Positions 1 through 12,400 of a stretch of 64,000 nt of DNA are shown one piece after another (position 1 is the stretch's first letter; every line of letters starts with the position of its first letter). Location of the stretch: assembly GCF_040938485.1 (NCBI RefSeq), contig NW_027271999.1, forward strand, positions 682,001-746,000, given 5' to 3'. The notes under the pieces are model-generated. The model searched no databases and was not told the origin of the DNA. It worked only from the letters and a program-made list of their open reading frames with translations. This stretch comes from Diadema antillarum (lineage: Eukaryota). The position numbers and the translations under genes are program-made.

Positions 1-57
1 CATTTCCCACAGACACTTGCCCTAGTATACTCAGGACTCGTCCTCAACAGGTTCAAC
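1..57. mobile_element. 85-bp TTAA MITE family A (piggyBac-like ends), copy truncated by the window edge
   Basis: catttcccacagacacttgccctagtatactcaggactcgtcctcaacaggtt matches the right half of the copies at 5370 and 63509. Confidence 0.8.
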
Positions 58-293
58 AAATGCTGAAAACATCAACTTGATATTGAACCTTTCGTGGTTA
101 TTCCCGGGTAACTGTTGATATTTATGGTTCATGATATCAATCACACACATTCAGCCATGCAAAAACAGCAACAATAAATAGACATAAAAACTGAAAGTGA
201 ATCTATAATCAGCACTTAAACACCCCCCCCCCCTCCTAAAGATAGCCGTGATTCGGAATACAGGGCATTGTGGTCATCACATTATCCACTCAC

Positions 294-462
294 ACATGTA
301 ATCCTATCGGCGATGGCGACGCCAGATCGCTCTGCGGGGCTCCCTGGCTTGATACCAGCCACGTAGATCCCAACCTCATTCCCTCCGATCAGCTTGATCC
401 CGACGCTGCCCCCCTTGTTGAAGGCGACAATGTGTGGGTCTCCTTCGGGGTCCACTGGGGCA
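294..462 (-). CDS. TJP1: ZO-1-like exon, first part of PDZ3 (169 nt, phase 2 to 0)
   Basis: Acceptor ttttgtctcgcag, donor TGT|gtgagt. Encodes [56 protein letters not shown]. Confidence 0.95.
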
Positions 463-3400
463 CTGCGAGACAAAATGAGTCACAATTTGTTTGTTTGTTT
501 GTTTTATACAGATCATCACAATGTGCTACCAAAGTATTCTTTATAACCATGCACGGATTAACAGAAAACAAAGATTGTGCATCACTGCTTTTTTAGAATC
601 CCAAAATCATCTCTTGATGTCAAATTTGCACCCAAATATCTGCTTCAAATAGAATGATTACCACAGATTTACTATCACCATGCAATTCTCCACACATTAT
701 AAAGCTCTTAAACTAGCTGCTTACAGGAATCTGGCGGGTTAAACAGGAGGCCTACTGGGATTTTAGAATCTCTCAGGAAATGTACCGACTCCTTGTTTTC
801 TACACACAGAATGGTTATCTCAAATATTATTTCAATATGCTACATTGTCATGACTGCACTGCATCAACAAGTTAGCTGTGTGTTGTTTTTTGTTTTGTTT
901 TGTTTTTGGCATGGCTCCATTCAGTGTGGTTTTTACATGCTTTTCTTGGTATCTACCCTAATGCAAATATTAGGTTAAAAAAAAAACCAACAACACGTAA
1001 GCAAACCAAAAACACAATTAATCAAGAAACACTACACATTGTTACGGGATATAAAACATTAGGACTTTGAAAGTCTCCCTAGCTTGCTTTCAGTCCTTAC
1101 CCATCTCTAAAGTCATCCTGTCCAGGGCTGGGTGGACGGGGAGGGGCGGGGTCTGAAGGAGACAAACAAACACAGCCACACAGTTTAATACAGGTGGAAC
1201 AAAACGTGCGAGAGAAAGAGTCTTATGACCCATCAATGAAGCATTTGAGGAGTAATGTTCATCAGCTCATAATCAAGAACATTGCTGAAGAGCATAACTC
1301 TTTTGAGGAACATTGCAAAAGAGCATAACTCTTCATTGAGGAACATTGCTGAAGAGCATAACTCTTTTGAGGAACATTGCAGAAGAGCGTAACACTTTTG
1401 AGAGTGTTCGATCAAGAATTTCTCATTTCCTGAAAATGTTGATGAATTCCTTTAGTGAGCTATTGTTCTGCCTGTCCTGTTATCTTCCTATCTACAGCCA
1501 TTGATTGAAGGGTCAGAGACCAATAAACAGACACTGGCCATAAAATGGGGTCTAGGGCAATGACCCCCTCGGCAATTACCCGGACCCTTCCCCTTGGCCA
1601 TAATCCTAATCCTAATCCTGAACCTATTCCTAACCCTAACCCAAACTCCTAACCCTAAACCTAACCCTAACCCTAATCTTTACTCTAACCTTACCATTAA
1701 CCAGTATTTAGCCAGGGGGTAATTGCCCTCTGGGGATAATTGCCCAGATACGATAAAATGACCCACAAAAAAGGGAAAAAAAAATGCTACGACATGTTTT
1801 CAAAATAGGCTTCTGAGAAAGTGAGCACGACAAACTAGCAAAAACAAATACTAAGCAGGAAGATCCTTTTAGTTGTTGGTGAGGAAATAATTTCCAGATA
1901 TATCATCCATATATATGGAAGACTTATCTTTGTCAATTACGTACACATATTCTCAACACAGGAATGAATGCTCTAGAAATGAATGGCAAAAATTGTATGA
2001 GATACAGAAGTACATTCAATCTTATGCCTGGTAATTGTTGCTTGTTGATAGCCAACCAGTTCGCTATTTGGTTAACAATTTACATGCCACTTCAGTCCTA
2101 AAACAGTATGTTTTGCAATCAATACATTTTACATATATATTTTTCGCAGATGCCCTACAATTCTCAACATACTCCTGTAGATAATGTGGAAACAGCTTTA
2201 GAGTGTGAAAACACAACGTAGCAAGAGAGGAGAAAGGTCCACAGTTTTCAATCCCTGCATCTGACTCCATCTACAAGAGGTAAGAGGTAAATCTTACAAA
2301 AATCGTCATCCTCGTCTGGTGGGGGCGGTCTGGGTGGTGCATCCTGGCCGAAGGAATTCCCATGTACAGGGGCGCTCATGTCTGGAGCGGCATTTGTTGG
2401 GGTAATTCTCTCCAAGGAGCCGGAAGAGCGTGAGATGTCCAGGTCCAGGGCGTCGTGTGAACGCCCGATCATCCGAGTAGCATCGTCCAGACTCAGCTTC
2501 TCCACTGGAATGCTGTTTATCTGTGGCAGAAAGCAGGAGGNNNNNNNNNNNNNNNNNNNNNNNNNNNNNNNNNNNNNNNNNNNNNNNNNNNNNNNNNNNN
2601 NNNNNNNNNNNNNNNNNNNNNNNNNNNNNNNNNNNNNNNNNNNNNNNNNNNNNNNNNNNNNNNNNNNNNNNNNNNNNNAAAGGGAGGAAGAGAAGGAAGA
2701 AGAAAAGAAGAGCAGCAGGAGAAGAAGAAGAACAAGAAGTAATACTTTTTAGTCTCCTCCCCGGCAAAACATTTGTCTAGCTCTTTTGGTTCAAACATTT
2801 TGGCATGGAAAGGTCACATCTTTTCTTCAAACACTGGACTTTTCCTTGAGAGCTTTACTGGTATTACCTTACTTCTTTCGTGTGTGTGTGTTGGAAGAAG
2901 GGGATGTTGTCTTTTAATTCAAATTACCATTACGTGGTTTGACTTCTCATTATGAGGAATACCACTTTTTAGTACCTAAATTATTATAGTCTTATCATGT
3001 AGTAATAAAAATTGTAGAAAGGATGCACAGTTTTCACTTCAGGTGTCTTACCTAACTTTTTCATCACCCTGTACACTACCATGGAAAATTAAACAATGTG
3101 ATTGAACAGACTTCTGTTCACTATCACATCTTCACATCTTCTCCCCTATCACTTACAGCGAGAATCTTGTCCCCCTTGCGTAGTCCCCGGGCCGCTGCAG
3201 CACCGTACTCATTGAGGCTCTCCACATAGAGACTAAAGCCCAGCTTCATCCCGTAGCTCTCGTTGGGGTTCTTGTTGAGGCGGAGAAACTGCTTGCTGGA
3301 CCGCGGGGGCCCCATATCCACCTGGGTGTCTCCCATTCGGGGCGGGACCACTGTCTTCCTTTTGTACGTCTGTAGTTTGGAAATAGGAAATAGATCGGTC

Positions 3401-6400
3401 ATTTGGTTTGGTAAACGGAGTAAAAAAAATACTATTTAACCCGTTGAGGATGAGACCAAAGTACACTAGGGTAGCTGTCTATGGGAAATGCGTGTTGTAG
3501 CAAAATCAGTCCGTCCTCAACGGATTAATGCATCACCCTGAACCCCTCTGAAATCATCATATCTGACATAATTTCCTTGACACTACTCTGCCACTATAGA
3601 GAAAGATCTCTGAACTCTATGGATTGCACTGCACGGGATATTGGGCATGAAATAGCCAACATGCAAACACTAATGACAGAGACAGATATTTGGCACGGCA
3701 CTCTGCACTCTATCTCAGATGCGTCCATCAGGTAGTAGCTGCCTCGAAAAGACATGAATACTTTGATAGTAGCTCACTCTTCTTACAGACAAAACATGAC
3801 TTACTCAGTTTTCAACTCTCTTCCATTATACTACATTTTTGGTTGATTGAATCCCTGTAAAATCATCATTTATGCATCACACTACAGGTATTAAATCGAA
3901 AAATAAAACTGAGTTTCAGCAGGCAACAAACTCCAATGCTTCAGTGTTTGACTGACTTCTATCCGCAAGCTGACTCACATGTAATCACTAAAATACCCCC
4001 CCCCCAAAAAAAAAAAAAAAAAAAAAAAAATGGGCCCTGATTATTTCAATGCTTTCATAGTGGAATGCTGAAGGAAGAAGCAATCTTCTGAATAATTGAA
4101 ATTGCAGAGCTTTCTATGTGACAGTGATGCACAGAAATCAAGTAAAATGAGTCTGAATATTTACATTTAACAACTTCAACGTGTGTGTTTTGACATTGGT
4201 CCATGTAGTATTGAATGTACTCTCCACAAAGGGGTAATTGCTCTGAGTTTGGCGGAAAATCACCAGCACGGACTTGCCAAATTCAAAGTGTCCTCGAAAC
4301 CACAACCGTTTACAATGGATGAATTTTAATCAAAATCCTCGGGTCAAATGGAAAACAAAAAGAGGAAATGGTTAAGGCTCTTAATTAAGCAAAACTGATA
4401 TCCCTTGCACCAATACTCACGATTTTGCAGACGTCAGAGCTCGTCCTTAGGGCATGTACTGCATCGGAGTGGTAGACATTCTCCATATTGACTCCGTTCA
4501 CTGACAAGATGCGATCGTCAGTTCTGCATGGTGGACAGGGGGGAGCACACACCACATGATGTAACTTTTGTATTAAGGACTCCACAATCTTTAACAACTC
4601 TTCACAGATGACACAATATTTTCATTTTTAATGAAAACTACACATTCACTCAATTTCATACTGACATTCATCGAGGGTAATAACATCCCCCCTTGCTTCT
4701 AAAGGAGCTAGGTACTAAACTAAAGTGCTCTTTCTTTACAATAGATAACTGAAAATATGTGGAGTTCTTTATTGATTTATGATCTGATCTTGTTCCACTG
4801 CTGTAACATCATAAATCGTTGTCACCTTCTGATCAAGCAACGATGGCACATGGATTCAACCCAAAATTTCATAAAATTGTTAACCTCCGAACAGACTGTT
4901 TGATTTTGCCCATACTTCACTAATCTCTTCTACTGATGATATTTCTGCATTCATGGAATCCATATATGATGTGTGGGGAATATTTCCCTTTAAATCTGTC
5001 TCGCCAATTGAGTACATACCTCATACTACAGTTTGACCTCTAGATACTTGACCTACACACAGTGTTGAGAGAGGAATAAAACCTGTACACAAGACTTACT
5101 TCAGCAGTCCATCTGCTGGCCCATTGGGTGCCACGTCCGACACCACGATGAATGTTTCTCCGCTGGTGTAGTGTGCGTTGTCACGACCGCCACTCACAGC
5201 AATACCAAAGCCAAGTCTGGGAGCCTGTTGAATAACATGAAAAATTAAATAAAGAGGCGAAATTTAGTATTCATCCCCGATATCTGGTGTTTGTTATTTG
5301 CTTTCTCCATACAATCAAGCATCACTGACATTGAGATAAAGGTAAATCTACTTGAATTCAATACATTAACCAATTGAGGACAGACTGATTTTGCTACAAC
5401 ACACATTTCCCATAGACACTTGCCCGAGTATACTCGGGACTCATCCTCAATGGGTTAAAGAGGGTGGCTCAGTGGATGCTCTGTTTGGATCCAGACTCGA
5501 CAGATTCTAGGTTCAGTTCTCAGAAGGATCTCTTGACATTGTGCATTGGTTGAAGGCATACCATCCCTCTGCAGAGGGGAAAATAACTTTCGTCTCTTGG
5601 ACAGAACGTAGACTTGAAGTCTTTTGCCCCAGACAGGTACAATACATATTGATGCATTCAAAAGATCCTCCATTACCTCTTGAATATATCGATATTGGGG
5701 TGCAGGCCCACTGAAGCCAGCACACGATGCATCACAATTCCCGATAGATACATCAATGCTAGTCTTCTTCCTTGCCTCAATAAAAATACCGGTATACAAA
5801 GCTAAATACTACAACATTCAGAAGAAGCACTGATACCTTAACCCATTGAGGACGAGTCTCGAGCATACTCGGGCAAGCGCGTCTATGGGAAATGGGTGTT
5901 GCAGCAAAATCAAGCTGTCCTCAATGGGTCAATTCATGTTTAAGTCAAAACAAAGCACACTTGAATCAAATATTAACTTGCATACCATGGACATACACAA
6001 TGCTGTTGAGCCCTGTTGCCACAGTGATTAGAAATGTATTATATCAATGATTTTACTATTGGCAACAAAAGACCCCAAAAATTGCATTCGATACAAATTA
6101 ATAGTGCATAGATACTTTAAAAAAAAATTTGTATCAACAGTAAGAATAACAAATAATTTTTACTGGAAAATCATCATCCAAATCTTGTAACACAAAAATT
6201 AATGTGCGATTTCATACTTCTTATGGCACTTATCATTTATCTTGTGAAAACATATAATCAGAAAATATGGCTCTTTACTACATGTTTGGTGCCTTACTTT
6301 GACCACATAGACCATATAAATCCTAATCTACAATGTATAAATCAAAAAGTGACCCAAACTAATATTTTGTTGGTCTAAAAGTGACTGCATTCGGTCATGC

Positions 6401-9400
6401 TTGGATTCAGACATTTCTGTCACTGCACTGATTGTCACTAGTTAATCAATCAAAAAAAAAAAAATAATTCTGGTCCTTCCAGTTGTTCCTGCTCTTCACT
6501 TTCTTAATCCTGGGCTCTGTTTTCAACTTGGCATTCAGTATGGTTAGTCTTACATCAAGGCTGTCTTGCTATAATGCCCCCCCCCCCAAACCAGTACCCT
6601 ATCAAAATCAATGCATGCACTCATCTACATCTAGGGAAAGAATGTTCACATTGTTGTATCTCCACGTCCTCTTGATACACAGTGGTCTTGACTAAAGACT
6701 TTCTAGGTCAAGAACAGTCAGGAAAGAATGGTGGCGAAAAGATTATGATTCCCAAACAGACAACACCTGACTAGTGACAACTGAAAACATAAGCATCTTG
6801 AGCCTGGATGCTAGGCCATCCTTCCCTCCTTCCAAGGTCCATGCAAGGACTGTAGGTCTCCATCATGGGCATACAATGTACATGTATGTGTAGGAGGAGG
6901 AGAATAGGGGCAGGGTTAGAATGCCTGATGCCACTTTGGGATGACGGTACATCGATCAGGTGCTGTCATGGTGAGCACTTTCAAGTTTATAGTGGAGCCA
7001 CTGGCTGACCTCCGGCAGGGCAAGGGCCGAAGGTCAATGTGACATGACCCTAACAGCAGGGGTGAGGGCTAGTGGGGAGGATGTTGTTAGGGAAAGACTT
7101 AGTCTCAGTTTCACAGCCTGGCACCGTCCACATCACTGTGTCTCTTCCGTCGTGCTATTTATGGAGGGCAGCATTACGATCCCTACGCCAGGGAAATTAT
7201 GCCTCTTAAAATGGTGGGATGAAGCAGTCAGTTGAAAGCACTCTAAGCACATAATGTGGCAACCCAGGGAGAGAAACTCTGCCTCTTCTGCCTTGGGTGG
7301 AGTGTGAGAATTCACCGCACTGACAGGGGTGTCTGGTAGTCTCAGCTTCCATCCGCTCTCGCATCCTTCACAAGATTGAGAGCTCCGCGCAAGAACCTTT
7401 GAACTAAGATGCTGTTATCTACGCGACTTCCCATAACGCTCTGCACAGTAAGGTGCAATGCAGAATCAACAGCAGGCAGGGCCTGTAACCAGGAAGCATC
7501 CAAGAGTACCAAGGAGTCTGTTAAGTGTAAGACTAAGGGTTACTCTGTACAAGGCTGCCACAACTTGGGGGACAGCTCCTCAGCGTACATCTGCTCTCGT
7601 CTTCTCAACTGACATTGACATCTCTTCCTATAATTCTGTTGCCCTTTCTCAGTGAGCTTCAAACAGCAGTATGTCTGTATTCAATCTACCATCACCTGGC
7701 CGGTTAGTGGAGGACCTAAATGATTCTGGAAAATATTTCTGGCAGTGTTCCTGCCAGCCACATACCTTTGAATGAACTTTGCCTATTTGAATGCAACAGA
7801 GAGAACTATGATGACTCATACTGCTGATCAGCTGATGAACATATCCACATATGATTGTCACGCTAGTTTCATACTCCTACACTATTTGGAAAAGCTTTTT
7901 TTTTCACACTAAATTCTAGAGAATAAAATGATACTAGGCATACTCAAAGCCATCTGTGGGGGGGGGGGGGGGGGGCTATCGTGTACAGAAGCACCCAGAA
8001 TTCAAACAAAGTGCAAGCATGAAATGTGAAGCAAGGTTAGAATGTGGAGACACATGTAGGCACAGTATATTACCAATGTCATATGGTGAAGTCAAGTGAG
8101 TTGAGCTAAAGTCATTACTGTTTAGGCACATTCTGACTGCAGAAGGAGTCAGATCTGGATAGCAGTCCAAATCCCAATCCAAATCTCACTTTTCAGATCA
8201 CCATTCAAACGAGGCAAAAAATCTACTTAACAATAGCAATTGAAACATTTTTTTTTTCCGCGGGGGGGGGGGGGGGGGGGGGGGCTGCCATTCACACAAC
8301 AATGAAAAAATATCTCATTTACCCATTCGAGTGGAATGCCTGAGTTTGAATCACAATCCAAATTGCAATTTGTCAGATTGCATGCGTTCACACAACAAAT
8401 TAGTGAGATTTGGATTAAGATCCAAACATCAATGTTTGGATCATGATTCACACCTCACTCCCAAACTGCCAAGTGAACCCTCTGCAGAATATTTCATGGC
8501 TGAATTACACATCTATTCTTTGATGATGAAGTGTGGTACGAAATGCAAAGGAAGAATTGATGTCATGAAGACTTTATTTTGTAAGAAGCCTCCCTTGGCA
8601 AAAATCTTAATTCTACAAAATTCCATCTAAAGATGGCTTTTGCCATATAGGTTTTGAATCAATAAGCTTTAGACATATGTATACGTTATCTTTAGTCTCA
8701 GACCTTTTTTCCTATTGACTTTGTTTCACTTTTTTATGACGAAGAGAGAAGGAAATATTAAAAAAAGAAAGAAAGGAAACCCATTCTTCCGTGAAAACTG
8801 ATGTGAACAGTTCCTGGATCTATTCCAAACATACACAAACCTCCCAGCCTGAGGTTGATCAATACATGGTTGGCTGGCACCATGCTCGACAAGAACATCC
8901 AGCAATCGTAATCAGGAATTCTCTGCAGATTACAGTGGAATTTGACCCCTTGTCAGGCTCACATATGGAGGGAGCTGATAATTAAATGGGGTACGTGTGC
9001 GTCTGCATCATTTCCCAACTTGGCACTCCCGTCCCACTGATTTCAAAGGTCTTCCAATGTCAACAATGCTATGTACGCTGTCCTCATCTCTTTAGGAGTG
9101 AAATCTTTCCACACGTCGGTAGCACATCCTCTACCACAGGGCACCAAAAATACTCACTCTATGTTTCAAATACAGCAAATTGCCAGACAACACACCATCT
9201 AATACAGCTCGCTTCGCAGGTAGCATTGGTTGTTTACCCTAAAGTCTTCCGATACTACAAATTATACATTATTTTTTTCAGGATACGTCAAAATGCAATA
9301 CATCAAGATATTTCCAGATCTAAAATTCTGTGAGATGTCTTGGATCACTTCAAAGACCCATGGGGACACAAGGTAGGCTCAACTGAATTGATCTCCATTC

Positions 9401-12400
9401 GCTGCTCATCAGGCTACTTTCCATAACTATGACCAGCGCAGGCTCGCAAGAATAGAATTGCCCATCAGCAAATACGTGCACGAAAGCGTGTATGTTCATA
9501 AGAAATGTTCAACTCTAGTCGAGATTCTACAGTTGTGTGTGCTACATATAAAGTTGCAATTCTTTACCGGAATTCCTTTATATGCGGGTTGGATCAGTTT
9601 CCCATTGCATGGGTACCCCAATGCTATGTACCAGGTCTTTAAAAATTCTACAAAATGATACATCAAAACATACACAATATGTTGCCCTGCTTGTTTCCAC
9701 ATTGGATTGATGTTGCACATCATGATGAAGAAAAAGTGTTGATGGACGCATTTGAAGACGGATAGAACTGTGGGCAGAGACTTGGGGTACAGTGGTGTCA
9801 GGTGTGGCACCAGAGATTGTGTCTGGACTTACCCTCTTTAGAGTGACTGTGTCTTTCTCCCATCTGACCTCTGGTCCTCTGTTGACCCCTCCTCCTCCTC
9901 CTCCTCCTCCTACACCTGCTCCTACACCTGCTCCTCTGGCATCCAACCTCCTGGGTTCAGGCTTTGGTGGCTCCTGCCGCGGAGGGTCTGCCATGACCTC
10001 ACTCCTGGGTGCTGCCATGACAACCTCGGAGGGCGTGGCCCTGATTTCGGCTCTTGGATCCATGTGGGCGTTGCCCAGGCCCCCGGTCCTGGAGTTTCCC
10101 ATGTCGTAGGAGTCCCCCATACCCCGGGAGCCTATGGAGTCATCCATTCCTAAGCCTCTGGAGTCACTGAAGGCGCGAGACGAGTTGTAGCCTCTCGAAT
10201 CGTCAAAGGACATGCCCCTGGAATCGTCAAGGGACAGGCCCCTGGAATCGTTTAGTGTGTCTCCAGGAGAATCTGCGAATTCTGGATCTCCAAGCCCACC
10301 TCCACGGGACTATAATGGAAGAAAGAATTATACACACAGAAAAAAAAAAGAGAAATAGCATGAGATGTGATATCTACTGATCAATTATGTGGATAACCAA
10401 ATAATCTGTGGAACAACAGGGAAATTTGTTACATTTTTAAGTCTTTAGAGTATAAAACAAGAATTCGTCTTCCAGGCACATACGTTGTCTAGTCCAAATA
10501 ATCATTTCAACGACAAAAAAAGAAAAGAAAAAATCTCACTAAAAAAAAAAACACTTTCAAAGAAAGTCTTTGAAAGTTTCTAACTAGCAGAATACAAGTC
10601 TAATAAGACATGTACATTGTACATGCTGCAAATCACATTTCCTTCCTAACATTGACTGAGCAAAATCTTGACACTGTATATCTTGCCTTTGATCATCTCT
10701 TCACATTCAAGGAGACCCCCCCCCCCAAAAAAAAAAAAGACAATAATAATAATAATAGATAAAACATCACAAACATAAACTGAGTCCAAACTGAACCTTA
10801 TTGTGAAGATGGGATAGATTGGTTTCATCAGTCGTTGTACAGCTTCAATTTGTTGGAACATCATAAGTGAAGTAACTTTGTACATGTAGACCTATATCAT
10901 TTCTACTAAAAGATTCCACAAAATTTTCCACAAACATTCATTTCCACAAAAGAAAACAAAATAATGATATAGTACAATACACTGTATCACCCACACCATG
11001 GTAGCTCCATGCCCACACATAGCAATGATGAATAAACACAGTGAGTGGGCCTAGAGTAATTTGGTCACTATTACACTTTGGTACTGTATTCTTTCTAGCA
11101 TTATCCTACACATTCTTGCATAATATATTCTCGCTATCAAATCTTTCTGGTGTTAGTCACAGTGACCAGTGTTGCGCAATGTCAGTAAATGATAACAAAT
11201 ATGCCCTTTCTTTCAATGTGGTAGTGTTACAAGTGGACGCAGTGTGGGTTGGAATGTCAAAGACAAGAGCTAAGGTAGAGTGATTCACGAGTCCACGCCC
11301 ACACAACCTATCACCCACTGAAACATCAACAACGTTTTGTCAGACACTCACAAAAGTCACTCAAGCATGGCACGTCATTCTATTTTTTTTTTCTGTGTAT
11401 CTTGTTCACTTTTTTTTTTCTCTCTCTCCTCAAGGCAGACCTTTTCCATACGCAGCAATGGGTAAACAAAAAGCCTTGTATGTTATGTATTGCCGTATCA
11501 ATGTCATTCCATGTATGTGTGCTTATATTCAGGTGTGCTCCATCTAATGACAAGTGCTTATCGGTCTTCACATAATTACAGAGATAACAATGTGCAGTCC
11601 TTCACCCAAATACATGTACGAAGCATGAACCCCCCCCCTTCACCCCCAGAAAAAAAAAAGAGGGAAATTATTACTGCCACAATTATTTCACTGTGAGACT
11701 CTCACTGGAGGGTAGCAGGTGCTATCATTTCTGTCATCTCTTTATCTGAGGTGGCTTGTGTCCATGATGGCATGTGTTATAGTTTCCTTATTTCTCTCTC
11801 TCTTCTTTTCCTTTCTAATCTGATCTCATGTCAGTTGACATTGGTTCCTTTTTGTTTTATATCTGTTTGTAGTTTCATTTATTCATTATCTGTTCTCTTT
11901 AACATGTATTTTCTGAGGGTCCCATATCATACAAGCTTTGCTCTTTAGTGGGACCCTCCATTTCCATTCCAATCCTTATCTAATTTGTACTATGCATCTA
12001 AAAAATATACATGTTTTCATCATTTTGTTTAAGACTCATTATCACATGTTGTTGATTTGTTGATTTACATTTTTGCAAAGATTACAAATATGTTCTACTT
12101 ATACACTGTAGGCCCTATATAATTTTTTTCTGTTTATTTGATGGAAATGAAAATAAATTTGAACTTTGAACCTTGAAAAAGAATTTATCCAGTTTCTGAG
12201 CAAATCATCACTGGGCTCAATAGGAAATGAAACATTCACCAGAGATGCTAATCATTTTGACACACATAACATGACCGATATATGTCAGGTGACCATTTAT
12301 ATCCAATTCAAATTCATGCAACAACATGGGTTGCTACATGGAGTATCATTTCATTTCTCTGACTGACATAACCCTACAGCTGCAAATCAGATATGAATTA

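Noticed and set aside
1277-1402. 31-33 bp repeats with a hairpin, superficially CRISPR-like
   Set aside because: The units are contiguous with no unique spacers, there are no cas genes, and the context is a eukaryotic intron.
2306-2798. Track ORFs spanning the N gap
   Set aside because: Artefacts of the N run and the microsatellite. The real exon is 2298-2520 in another frame.
9578-9832. 3' part of track ORF 9578..10213
   Set aside because: It is read-through past the strong donor at 9833. PDZ1 continues in the exon at 5224.
9792-10109. Plus-strand 105-aa Pro-rich ORF
   Set aside because: Antisense shadow of the GC-rich coding exon.
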